IMG/VR virus record: IMGVR_UViG_3300036828_000615
Location: 64,001 to 86,870 of that record
Length of the DNA: 22,870 nt
DNA from: a virus
Taxonomy: Duplodnaviria > Heunggongvirae > Uroviricota > Caudoviricetes
Direction: 5' to 3' (one strand)
The notes beneath the pieces are model-generated. The model saw only the letters and a program-made list of their open reading frames with translations, was not told the DNA's origin and searched no databases. This document shows, one piece after another, positions 8,751-16,365 of this stretch. The position numbers were made by a program, and so were the translations under genes. Within the stretch, counting starts at the first letter, position 1. Every line of letters starts with the position of its first letter.

Positions 8751-8775
8751 CCGGAATCACCCCGACAATTGACAG

Positions 8776-8916
8776 GTGCGCAGCCTGGCAATCTCGCTGT
8801 TTGTGCTCGCCGCGCTGATCGCCTGGCTGATCATCAGCCAACCCGACTCCGCAAGCACCACGATCCGCCCACCGCTGACACCGGTCACGAGCCCCTGGTA
8901 CGGCGACCGCGATTGA
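8776..8916 (+). CDS. 46-aa single-pass membrane/secreted microprotein, opposite strand to the head module
   Basis: Not in the ORF track. MRSLAISLFVLAALIAWLIISQPDSASTTIRPPLTPVTSPWYGDRD; GACAAT-N6-GTG upstream; the stop abuts the convergent TerS-like stop. Confidence 0.55.
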   Translation: MRSLAISLFVLAALIAWLIISQPDSASTTIRPPLTPVTSPWYGDRD

Positions 8917-9378
8917 TCATCCCAGCTTTTCGCGCTGCTGGCGGTAGCGGGCCAGCTCGTCGAGCTGGGGTCCGTCCACCTCGATGTCGTTGTCGTTCAT
9001 CGGCGGGATCGGCGCACGCACGACGTCGGCCAGGCCGTACACGTCGATCTGCTCACGCAGCAGCCGGCGCGCCACCTCGATGGCCTTTAGGTCGCCGGTC
9101 TCGACATGCTCTAACGCCTTGCGCACCAGCGACTCCATCCGCGCCAGCAGGATGATCATGGCGTTCTCGTTGCGCAGGATGTGATCCTTGGTGGCGCGCT
9201 CCAGCTCGGTGCGGATGATGCGCCCGACGTGGTAGTGGCTCAGCTTGACCTGCGCGTTGGCGGCGATGTCGCGCTGGCTGTGCCCGGCCAGGAACAGATC
9301 CAGGATCAGGTTGTCGCGCTTCTCCCGCTGCGCCGGGGTCAACCGCGGCGGGGGTTTGGGTTTGCGTTTGGCGGCCAT
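8917..9378 (-). CDS. HTH protein, probable terminase small subunit
   Basis: AGGAG RBS before ATG 9378 (the track ORF is over-extended); 153 aa with an N-terminal HTH (ILDLFLAGHSQRDIAA), a helical middle and a position upstream of terL. Confidence 0.6.
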   Translation of the reverse strand: MAAKRKPKPPPRLTPAQREKRDNLILDLFLAGHSQRDIAANAQVKLSHYHVGRIIRTELERATKDHILRNENAMIILLARMESLVRKALEHVETGDLKAIEVARRLLREQIDVYGLADVVRAPIPPMNDNDIEVDGPQLDELARYRQQREKLG

Positions 9379-9386
9379 GGCTTCTC

Positions 9387-11171
9387 CTAGTGCCCGACCG
9401 GGAAGCCGTAGTCGACCAGCGGTCGCTCTCCGGCTTCCCGCAGCGCCAGGATATGGCGCATAAGCCATTGTCGCCCGTTGGCGTTTCGATAGGGCTTCAT
9501 CAGTGCTTCGTTGCGGGCGATGTCGCGATCCCAGCCCGGCGAGTCGGCCTTGGCGTCGTGGTATTCGCCGGCGTTGGTGTTGTGCTCGAACGCGTAGACA
9601 TTGCCCTCGATGCGCTTGAGCCTCGACAGCGTCTGCACGATCGCGGTGAACGCGGTGTCCTCCCAGCCCCAGCCGCAGTTGCCGGTGAAGTACACCTTGC
9701 CGTTGCGCCGGGCCAGCCATGTCCCGTTCTCAGTCGTCGGGCACCACACGATTCCCTCGACCTGGTGACGCGTGTGTGTCCCCTTGGACAGCATGAACCG
9801 GCGTTGACGTCGGATCGACACGACGGTCATGCCGTAGCCGTACTTCGTCATAACCGGCCTGGTCACCGACGAGGTGGCATAGCCAGCCAGGATGCACGCG
9901 AACTGGAATGACTCAGCGGCAGCTTGGTTCTTCTGGGCCAGCTGCTGCTCATAGGACCGGGTCCGGGTGTGACCGTCAGCCCAGAGGGAGGTCTGGATGA
10001 AAGATTCCAGCTGAGACTGGGTGAGCGATATCAGGAACTCGTGGGTGACCACCCGGTTCGGGGCACAGGACTGGACGAGAGCACCGGCTTCAGCGTTGAG
10101 GTTGAAAATGGCGGTCTGCCCCGCACGGGTTTCCCGCCAGGCTGGAGGTACTTCGGGCGAGCGGCCCGACCGTCGCTGTGCGCCTATCGGTGGCCCCAGT
10201 GATCGACGCAGTGCCGAGCGGATCCTTTCGCAGTGGTCCGGGTTGACGGTTACCGACTGGCTGATCGAAACGGTTCTCGCCCGGGAGCCGTCCCGGTTCC
10301 GGGAGATGCAGCCCTCGGTCCAGAACCAGCCCACTAACTCCACGAAAGCGTCGGTGTATTTCGGCTCCGTGGGCAGGTCCGAGCAGTGAGCAGCGGTCGG
10401 AACGTAGTCCTGCTGCTGGAAGGTTCCCGTCGTAGTCCACGTCCGACGGGTCCGTCGGAATGATCTCTTGCCAACCTGGCGGACGTTCCAGTTCCGCTCG
10501 ACCGGCCAGCGGTGATCCATCGTGCTCAACGAGGAGTGGGTCTTGCTTTCGATCCCGACCATCTCCCGGCTACCGGGGTAGACGTTCACCCGCTGAAGCG
10601 GTTTCCATTCGCTCATAGCCGTGTCGTGGTTCAGGGTTAAGACAGGCTCACCGATAGTGATATCGGTATATCGCTTCCAGCCCTGACTGGTCAGAATCTC
10701 GGTGGGCTCATCCACGCAGAACTCCGGCGGTTGCCCGCCCAGACGCCAGTACTCGGTCTGGGTGGCGACCAGACAGCCACCCACCCCGTTGACCCCGTCA
10801 CCGTCCCAGGAGGTGGTCATGTAGGGCGCCCGGTCCAGCTGGTCGAACGGCGTATAGAGGTAGTCGGTGCTCAGAATGCGGTAGTGGGTGAAGGGCCAGC
10901 AGACGCACTGCTGCGGGTCGGCGACCGCCGCGCGCACATTGTCGAGCACGGGAATCGTGTCGGCGTCGCAGATCACCACGACCTCGGTGCGGGCCTTGCG
11001 CACCGCGTTGTTGCGGGCCTGGGCGAGGCTGAAGATCTCGGTGTCTGAGTCGGCGGTGACCACCGGCCAGCCGACCTGCTCCCAGAACGCCATCACCCGC
11101 TCGAAGATCGGGATCCGCGACGGGGACGGGCGCCACGGAATGCACACGGTGGCTTCAGGTTTCGTGGACAC
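9387..11171 (-). CDS. GT-A glycosyltransferase (GT2/GT7C-like) interrupted by an intein
   Basis: CIPWRP, ARNNAV, ICDADT (DxD), and after intein removal GGQPPEF-CGWGWED; about 247 aa of extein. Start is GTG 11171 (GAGG RBS) or ATG 11177. Confidence 0.85.
   Translation of the reverse strand: MSTKPEATVCIPWRPSPSRIPIFERVMAFWEQVGWPVVTADSDTEIFSLAQARNNAVRKARTEVVVICDADTIPVLDNVRAAVADPQQCVCWPFTHYRILSTDYLYTPFDQLDRAPYMTTSWDGDGVNGVGGCLVATQTEYWRLGGQPPEFCVDEPTEILTSQGWKRYTDITIGEPVLTLNHDTAMSEWKPLQRVNVYPGSREMVGIESKTHSSLSTMDHRWPVERNWNVRQVGKRSFRRTRRTWTTTGTFQQQDYVPTAAHCSDLPTEPKYTDAFVELVGWFWTEGCISRNRDGSRARTVSISQSVTVNPDHCERIRSALRRSLGPPIGAQRRSGRSPEVPPAWRETRAGQTAIFNLNAEAGALVQSCAPNRVVTHEFLISLTQSQLESFIQTSLWADGHTRTRSYEQQLAQKNQAAAESFQFACILAGYATSSVTRPVMTKYGYGMTVVSIRRQRRFMLSKGTHTRHQVEGIVWCPTTENGTWLARRNGKVYFTGNCGWGWEDTAFTAIVQTLSRLKRIEGNVYAFEHNTNAGEYHDAKADSPGWDRDIARNEALMKPYRNANGRQWLMRHILALREAGERPLVDYGFPVGH
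9678..10718 (-). mobile_element. Intein with LAGLIDADG homing endonuclease (347 aa)
   Basis: Starts CVDEPTEILTSQGWK; block B STMDH; endonuclease motifs LVGWFWTEG and IQTSLWADG; ends VWCPTTENGTWLARRNGKVYFTGN followed by Cys+1. Confidence 0.9.
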
Positions 11172-11835
11172 CGTCATCCTCGTCGTGCACGTACTTCCAC
11201 ATCCCGGGCCCGGCCGGACGCCGCCACACCGAGTGGATCGTCGGCACGTCCACCAGTGTGTAGCCGGCGGCCACCAGCGCGAAGGACTCGTAGACGTCGG
11301 CGCCCCAGTGCGCGTAGGGGCCGTGGATGTCGGGCGGATAGGGGACCGCGCGCAGCGCCTCGATCCGCGCCGCGAACACCCCGCCCTGGATGTGCAACTC
11401 GGGCAGCGCGGAGTCAAAGCCCATCGCGGCCGGCGGACCCGCGTCGGCCAGCGTGCCGGTCATCCCCGCCCTCGGGTTGTTGATCAGCGGCGTCAGCAGA
11501 TCCCAGGGCCAGCTCGGGTCGTAGCTGTGGCCGTGGTTGGTGCAGACGTAGAGCAGGTAGGGATGGCGCGCGAGCTCGGCGGCCACGTTCAGCGCCGGCC
11601 CGCTTTTCAGGTTCGCCCCGCGCTGCCAGCGGTAATGCGGTTCGCACACGCCGTTGTCGTACACCGCCGTGGCCAGCTTGTTGGCGCGCCGCGTGCTGTT
11701 GTCGATGACGATCAGCTCGGCGTCGAGCTTGTGGCGCAGGTGTCCCAGCGCGGGCACCAGGTCGCGCTGCAGCCGGACCAGGGCCCGGTCCTCGTTGTTG
11801 TGCACGATCATCACCGCGCTGACCCCGAACCTCAT
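11155..11835 (-). CDS. Putative GT-A fold glycosyltransferase
   Basis: ATGA overlap with the upstream methyltransferase; 226 aa. VSAVMIVHN, LIVIDNS, ALNVAAELARHPYLLYV, HIQGGVFAAR and WGADV fit a divergent GT2-like pattern. Confidence 0.65.
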   Translation of the reverse strand: MRFGVSAVMIVHNNEDRALVRLQRDLVPALGHLRHKLDAELIVIDNSTRRANKLATAVYDNGVCEPHYRWQRGANLKSGPALNVAAELARHPYLLYVCTNHGHSYDPSWPWDLLTPLINNPRAGMTGTLADAGPPAAMGFDSALPELHIQGGVFAARIEALRAVPYPPDIHGPYAHWGADVYESFALVAAGYTLVDVPTIHSVWRRPAGPGMWKYVHDEDDGVHET

Positions 11836-12482
11836 CGCGCCGCCTTGCGCAGGATCACCAGCGAGGGCCAGAAGTGGGCGAACTCGACCGCATAGCCGCG
11901 CCAGAACCGCTCGGGATACAGCGGTTCGGTGGGGCGCCAGTGCAGCCGGTAGCTCACCTCGTCGACCATGCCTTTGAACCACTGCACCGACGTCGGCCCC
12001 TGCGCCCGGGCGCCCTGCGGGTCTTCGAGCTCGGTGTAGGCCAGCCAGGTGTCCTCGCAGACGTAGAACCCACCGGGGCGGACGAGCGGCCACACCGCGG
12101 CGAAGGTGGCGATGGTCAGCTCGGAGCAGTGACTGGCGTCGTCGATGACGATGTCGAACAGGCCGTAGTCCTCGGCGATGCGTCCGGCCAGACCGGCGTC
12201 GGCCTGATCGCCGGTGAGAACCCGCACCCGGCCGGGTAGGTCCAAGGTCTTGGGCTGGTTGTCGATACCGATGACGGTGGCCTTGTCGAAGTAGTCGCTC
12301 CACATGCGCAGCGACTCGCCACCGGCGCGGGGATCGCCGTAGCCGCCGACGCCGTACTCGACCACGGTGATCGGCTCGAACCGCAGGTGCGAAAAATACC
12401 GCTCGTAGATCAGGGTGTAGGCGTGGTGCTCGGTGGACTTGTCGGTGTGATGCCGGATGGCCAGCTCATTAAGGGTTTCCAT
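11832..12482 (-). CDS. Class I SAM-dependent sugar O-methyltransferase (MycE/TylE-like)
   Basis: 216 aa. TDK..HH.Y..IYERYF, VEYGVGGYGDPRAGGESLRMWSDYF, GIDN, GDQAD, FDIVIDDASH and GGFYVCED. Confidence 0.82.
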   Translation of the reverse strand: METLNELAIRHHTDKSTEHHAYTLIYERYFSHLRFEPITVVEYGVGGYGDPRAGGESLRMWSDYFDKATVIGIDNQPKTLDLPGRVRVLTGDQADAGLAGRIAEDYGLFDIVIDDASHCSELTIATFAAVWPLVRPGGFYVCEDTWLAYTELEDPQGARAQGPTSVQWFKGMVDEVSYRLHWRPTEPLYPERFWRGYAVEFAHFWPSLVILRKAAR

Positions 12483-12642
12483 GTGCCCCTTTCACCCGTG
12501 CTGCGCCGCAGAGCACACAGCCGCCGTGCTCGAGATATTCATGCGGACACGGCGGCGGCCCGTGGCGCACCGCGCAACCCCACGGGCACCGCCCATCGGG
12601 CGTGATGTCGGTGCGGCCACAGAAATGGCACGGTGCAGGCAT
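12469..12642 (-). CDS. Cys/His-rich 57-aa microprotein
   Basis: MPAPCHFCG...CPWGC...CPH...HGGCVLCG; GACAAT-N6-ATG upstream; overlaps the methyltransferase start. Confidence 0.6.
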   Translation of the reverse strand: MPAPCHFCGRTDITPDGRCPWGCAVRHGPPPCPHEYLEHGGCVLCGAARVKGAHGNP

Positions 12643-12648
12643 CGGCCT

Positions 12649-12688
12649 ATTGTCGGCCCACAACCCCGGCGTGGTTGCCCCGACACGC
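12649..12688 (-). promoter_or_regulatory. Candidate leaderless promoter: GCGTGTCGG box, 25 nt, GACAAT, 6 nt, ATG
   Basis: Lies in the only gap inside the glycosylation cluster. Confidence 0.45.
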
Positions 12689-12689
12689 G

Positions 12690-13406
12690 CTAGCCATCTG
12701 GCTTACTCCATCCGTTGCAGTACCCCAGCGGCGTCGCCGCTGTCGCCCAGTTCTGTCGCGTTCCGCAGCTCCAGGCCCGCCGCTCACTGCGTGCCTCGTC
12801 GGGCCCGTACCCGATCGGTGTGTCATCGGCGTGATCGACCAGGCTGGGGACGGTGTAGCAGATGGGCATCTCCCAGTTCTGCGCCCACCGCGACACCGCC
12901 AGCGGATACTCCACTCGCGCATACCGCTGCTCAGCCGCGCCGAGTGTCTCGACCAGCTCGGGCAGCATCGCCTCGATCAGCGAGGTGCGGATCGCGTACC
13001 CCACCGACCCGATCAGACAGTCCGCGGTGATCCAGGCCAGATTGCGGCGCTGCGCCGTCATCAGGGCTGCGCGCATCTGGCGCTGCACCTGGCCCGAAGG
13101 ATTGCCGGTACCCAGGTAGAGCCCGATGACAGGGGCCGGCGTGTGCCGCACCGCCTGGGCGATCTCGACACGGAAGGCCGACACCGGCTCGGCGTCGTCC
13201 TCGAGTACCACGCTCCAGCCGGTGTCGTACCCGGCCAGCTCGCCCAGCACCTTCAGATGGTTGCCCGCACAGCCCAGCGTGCCGTCGTCGACGTTGCAGT
13301 AGTCGGCCTTGACGGCATCGAACAGCGCGTGGGCCCGCTCGACCCGCGCGCTGTGGGCGACGATGCCGATCGCGATGTGGTCGACGATGCCGATCGCGAT
13401 GCTCAC
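12690..13406 (-). CDS. Glycosyltransferase of the type found in mycobacteriophages (GT-A, LEDDA motif)
   Basis: 238 aa. IGIVAH..R, VDDGTLGCAGNH, WSVVLEDDA, VGYAI and YTVPSLVDHAD. Confidence 0.78.
   Translation of the reverse strand: MSIAIGIVDHIAIGIVAHSARVERAHALFDAVKADYCNVDDGTLGCAGNHLKVLGELAGYDTGWSVVLEDDAEPVSAFRVEIAQAVRHTPAPVIGLYLGTGNPSGQVQRQMRAALMTAQRRNLAWITADCLIGSVGYAIRTSLIEAMLPELVETLGAAEQRYARVEYPLAVSRWAQNWEMPICYTVPSLVDHADDTPIGYGPDEARSERRAWSCGTRQNWATAATPLGYCNGWSKPDG
13353..13400. repeat. 24-nt tandem duplication at the glycosyltransferase 5' end
   Basis: 13353-13376 and 13377-13400 differ at one base; encode IAIGIVDH IAIGIVAH. Confidence 0.9.
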
Positions 13407-13588
13407 CCGTCTACCTGTGTCGTCTGCAACGCGTAGAGGCGATGGGCGTTGCTGACGGCGTCACGGACAGCTTCCAGGTAACGGTCTGCACGGCCCTGAA
13501 AATCGTGTGCGTCGGCGGAGTTGTCGAGAACTTGGCGCAGCGACGAGAAGGCCAGCATGATCATTTCGTCAAGCGGGTTGTTGGTCAT
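13403..13588 (-). CDS. Hypothetical 61-aa protein
   Basis: 4-nt start/stop overlaps with both neighbours. Confidence 0.7.
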   Translation of the reverse strand: MTNNPLDEMIMLAFSSLRQVLDNSADAHDFQGRADRYLEAVRDAVSNAHRLYALQTTQVDG

Positions 13589-13920
13589 CGCTTCTCTTTC
13601 TTCAGCCGCGCCGTCACCCGGTCGATGGCGGCGTGGAAGCGTTCCTGGAAGTCAGGGTCGGAGATCTCCCCCTCCACAATCTCGTCGGCCACCTTGGCCA
13701 GCTTCAATGGCACCTTGCGACCGGACGGGATGACCGCGATGATCGGCTTGTCCAGCATGATCATGAAGCCCAGCTCGACGGCGAACTTCACGTCCAGCTT
13801 CCCGTCTCCGGGGACCAGGGACACGGTGACCGCGCTGTCTTTGATCATCGGGATCAGTTCGGCGCGGATGCGGCGCTGGTAGTCCTGCCATTCCGGGCCG
13901 TCGAACGGGTCCCCGCTCAT
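13585..13920 (-). CDS. Small alpha/beta protein resembling the nucleoside 2-deoxyribosyltransferase-like fold
   Basis: ATG 13920 overlaps the upstream stop; 111 aa; DVKFAVELGFMIMLDKPIIAV resembles the NDT-family ElGxAxalgKPv motif. Confidence 0.5.
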   Translation of the reverse strand: MSGDPFDGPEWQDYQRRIRAELIPMIKDSAVTVSLVPGDGKLDVKFAVELGFMIMLDKPIIAVIPSGRKVPLKLAKVADEIVEGEISDPDFQERFHAAIDRVTARLKKEKR

Positions 13921-14300
13921 CCCACGCACCCCCGCATGTGCAGGATCTCCCAGAGCACCCAGACCGCCAGCACGAATGCGACCAGCGCGACGATAAGTGC
14001 CGCGCCCATCGCCATCAGCAGCCCGTGCCGGGGAGCCGGTGGCGGGGGTTGGTCGTCCTCAACCCATGGCTTTTTGTCCGCCACCGGCTCCGGCTCAATG
14101 CGCGGCAGCTCGTCGGTCCGGTGCATGCCGCGGAACATCGGGGCGAAGTGATGGTGCCGCGTGCGGTCCCAGGTGAGCGGGCCGCCCTTGTGTACGGGGC
14201 CACCGTGCCCCTCGGGCAGCTCGCATTCGTAGGTCGGGCCGCCCAGCAGCCCGCCCCGGTCCCGGCACAGCGGCACTTCCACCGCGAGGATCTCTGTCAT
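13917..14300 (-). CDS. Hypothetical membrane protein
   Basis: GAGGA RBS before ATG 14300 (alternative ATG 14333); C-terminal transmembrane segment; N-terminal C..C...H..H. Confidence 0.65.
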   Translation of the reverse strand: MTEILAVEVPLCRDRGGLLGGPTYECELPEGHGGPVHKGGPLTWDRTRHHHFAPMFRGMHRTDELPRIEPEPVADKKPWVEDDQPPPPAPRHGLLMAMGAALIVALVAFVLAVWVLWEILHMRGCVG

Positions 14301-14377
14301 GTCGTCCTCACCTGGCCTGTGATGCTTGCCCATTGACCCCCAGCTCTTTCATTTCGGTTCCCTTCTCGTGGCTTCAC

Positions 14378-14566
14378 TCATCCGTCATCCCGTGGGCTGG
14401 GCATGTAGATCGGGGTTCCGTTGATGACGCACCGCCACTCATACCAGCCCGTGTTGGCGATATAGCCGCCCCGGTCATGGCACCACTGCCGCTGAGACTC
14501 CATGCCGCCGCCCCGGTTGCAGCAACCGGCGAGCAGTAGCGCCAACGCGGCGGCGAGCACCCTCAT
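14378..14566 (-). CDS. Small putative lipoprotein (62 aa)
   Basis: ATGA-coupled start; MRVLAAALALLLAGC has a basic n-region, hydrophobic h-region and LAGC lipobox. Confidence 0.65.
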   Translation of the reverse strand: MRVLAAALALLLAGCCNRGGGMESQRQWCHDRGGYIANTGWYEWRCVINGTPIYMPSPRDDG

Positions 14567-14889
14567 CGAACCGAGTCGATCTGGCGGTCCACCCACATCT
14601 GTGCGTAGGCCACCCCGGCCTCGTCGGGCAGATCGGGATCGGGGATTTCGAGGATCTCGTTGACCTCGGCGAACCAGCCGTCAGCGATACCGCTGATCGC
14701 TACCCGCCGCCAGGACAGCGGGCCGATGATCGCGCTCAGCGTCTTGATCCGCTCCCCGATGGATTCACAGCCGATCGTCCACGCCTGGAACGGGCCGGCC
14801 GCCGCCTCCGAGTGGGCGTTGCGCAGGTGGCCCCAGAGCCATTCCAGCTGGAAGTCGGCCCACTCACGCAGGGCGGCGTCGTCGGTCAT
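14563..14889 (-). CDS. Hypothetical 108-aa protein
   Basis: AAGGAG RBS before ATG 14889; first gene of the leftward operon. Confidence 0.7.
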   Translation of the reverse strand: MTDDAALREWADFQLEWLWGHLRNAHSEAAAGPFQAWTIGCESIGERIKTLSAIIGPLSWRRVAISGIADGWFAEVNEILEIPDPDLPDEAGVAYAQMWVDRQIDSVR

Positions 14890-15047
14890 TATTCGGTTCT
14901 CCTTCTCGTGGTGCCACGATAGTAACGGTAAACCTTGCAAACGGCGGAATGTGGCTGTGAACACGCCCGAAACGCCGAAAAGTCCTGCATTGATTTGCCG
15001 TTACCGTGGTGTAGGTTCGGCGGGGAATCAACGCTTAGGAGGACAGC
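14890..15047. promoter_or_regulatory. Divergent promoter region
   Basis: Rightward TTGATT(14990)-16-TAGGTT(15012); leftward TACTAT; inverted GTAACGG(T/C)AAA at 14922-14932 and 14994-15004. Confidence 0.55.
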
Positions 15048-15848
15048 ATGGCCAAGGGCATGAGGGTCTGGAAGGCCGGGGACAATCTGGACGAGTCGAT
15101 CGGGTTCAAGTTCCGGGTGACCGATGCCGACGAGTTGGTCAAGGCCGCCGCCGAGAACTTCGTCGAGGAGCAGGCCCGCGCCTGGCGTGATGTCCGCCAA
15201 TGGGCCGATGACCAGATGGAGCTGATCGAGGTTGAACCCGGCGGCTCCCCCAACGGCCCGGGCGCGAGCCTGTCGTTGACCGAGAACCTACGCACCGAGC
15301 TGCCCAAGCTGTGGGTGCGCCACAACATCCGTTCGGTGCTCGACGTGGCGTGCGGCGACCTGAACTGGATGCGCCACGTCGACTTCACCGACCTGACCGC
15401 CCCCGAGCACACCAGGCCGTTCAACTACTTCGGCTGGGACATCGACCCTGAGCTGATTGTGCGCGCACAACAGCGCGCGGGCGAGATGAAGGGCAACCCG
15501 CACACCTGGTTCGAGATGCACAACATCCTCGACACCCCGTTCCTCAACGTGGACTGCATCCTGGCCCGGCACATCCTGATCCACCTGCCCAACGACTACA
15601 TCAGCGCGGTGCTCGACGAGATGCGTCACAGCCACGCCAAGTATCTGTTGGCCTCCAACTTCCCCGACGAGACCAACGACTTCATCTACGACCCGACCCG
15701 CTACGCCTGGATCGGCTACATGGAGCATCCGGTCAACCTGGAAGCCCCGCCGTTCAACCTGACGACCAAGATCGACGCGATTCCCGAGACGCCCGGCCCG
15801 GCCGGGGTGCTCACCGCGCGTCACGAGCTCGCGCTGTTCAAGCTATGA
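15048..15848 (+). CDS. Class I SAM-dependent methyltransferase with N-terminal extension
   Basis: AGGAGG RBS; GPGAS, VLDVACGDLNWM, YFGWDID, VDCILARHILIHL, AKYLLASNF and PVNLEAPPFNL. Confidence 0.82.
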   Translation: MAKGMRVWKAGDNLDESIGFKFRVTDADELVKAAAENFVEEQARAWRDVRQWADDQMELIEVEPGGSPNGPGASLSLTENLRTELPKLWVRHNIRSVLDVACGDLNWMRHVDFTDLTAPEHTRPFNYFGWDIDPELIVRAQQRAGEMKGNPHTWFEMHNILDTPFLNVDCILARHILIHLPNDYISAVLDEMRHSHAKYLLASNFPDETNDFIYDPTRYAWIGYMEHPVNLEAPPFNLTTKIDAIPETPGPAGVLTARHELALFKL

Positions 15849-15985
15849 GGGCCGCCGACGGATACGCGAACTGCGCGGAGTGCAAGCAGGCCCGGCTGGC
15901 CAAGGTGCTCAACGCCGACGGGGTGTGCCCGTGGTGCCTGCTGAGCGCGATCCTGGTCGCGCCCAATCCACTGCTGCACCGATGA
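15845..15985 (+). CDS. 46-aa CxxC...CxxC zinc-finger microprotein
   Basis: Not in the ORF track; ATGA overlaps at both ends; CAEC and CPWC. Confidence 0.65.
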   Translation: MRAADGYANCAECKQARLAKVLNADGVCPWCLLSAILVAPNPLLHR

Positions 15986-16365
15986 TCTCCGACGCCATCG
16001 ACATCAAGGCGATCGACCGCCGGCTCAACCCGGACAGGCGGATGTGGGACAAGCCCGAGCGGTGGGGCGATGACGCCTGGTTCATCACCGGCCCGCACCA
16101 GTGCATCATCGTGAGCCTGGATCAGGCCAGCGACCCCGGCACCGACTGGATCCACGCGTCGATCAGCTACCAGATGCGCTCGCGGATGCCCAGTTACAAC
16201 GACCTGAAGATGCTGCACCGCGCCGTGTTCGGCGACGCCCCGGCGTATCAGTGCTTCGTGCCCGAAGGCGAGCACATCAACCAAACCCACAACGTGCTGC
16301 ACCTGTGGGGAAAATTGGACGGTAAGCCCGCATTACCGAATTTCGGCTGGTTGGGGACGATATGA
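15982..16365 (+). CDS. Conserved phage hypothetical protein (W-x-H-x-S...LHLW type)
   Basis: ATGA-coupled start at 15982; WIHASIS..RMPSY..L...FG....Q.F.P..EHIN..HNVLHLW is a pattern recurrent in phage proteins. Confidence 0.7.
   Translation: MISDAIDIKAIDRRLNPDRRMWDKPERWGDDAWFITGPHQCIIVSLDQASDPGTDWIHASISYQMRSRMPSYNDLKMLHRAVFGDAPAYQCFVPEGEHINQTHNVLHLWGKLDGKPALPNFGWLGTI

Noticed and set aside
8917-9720. 267-aa version of the TerS-like ORF
   Set aside because: The extension overlaps the glycosyltransferase out of frame; an RBS supports ATG 9378.
11155-12303. 382-aa ORF as a single protein
   Set aside because: The first 156 aa overlap the methyltransferase in another frame; the real start is the ATGA-coupled ATG 11835.
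14288-14352. Possible 14-aa ORF MKELGVNGQASQAR after a GAAGGG RBS
   Set aside because: Too short to support; it competes with alternative starts of the 13917 gene.
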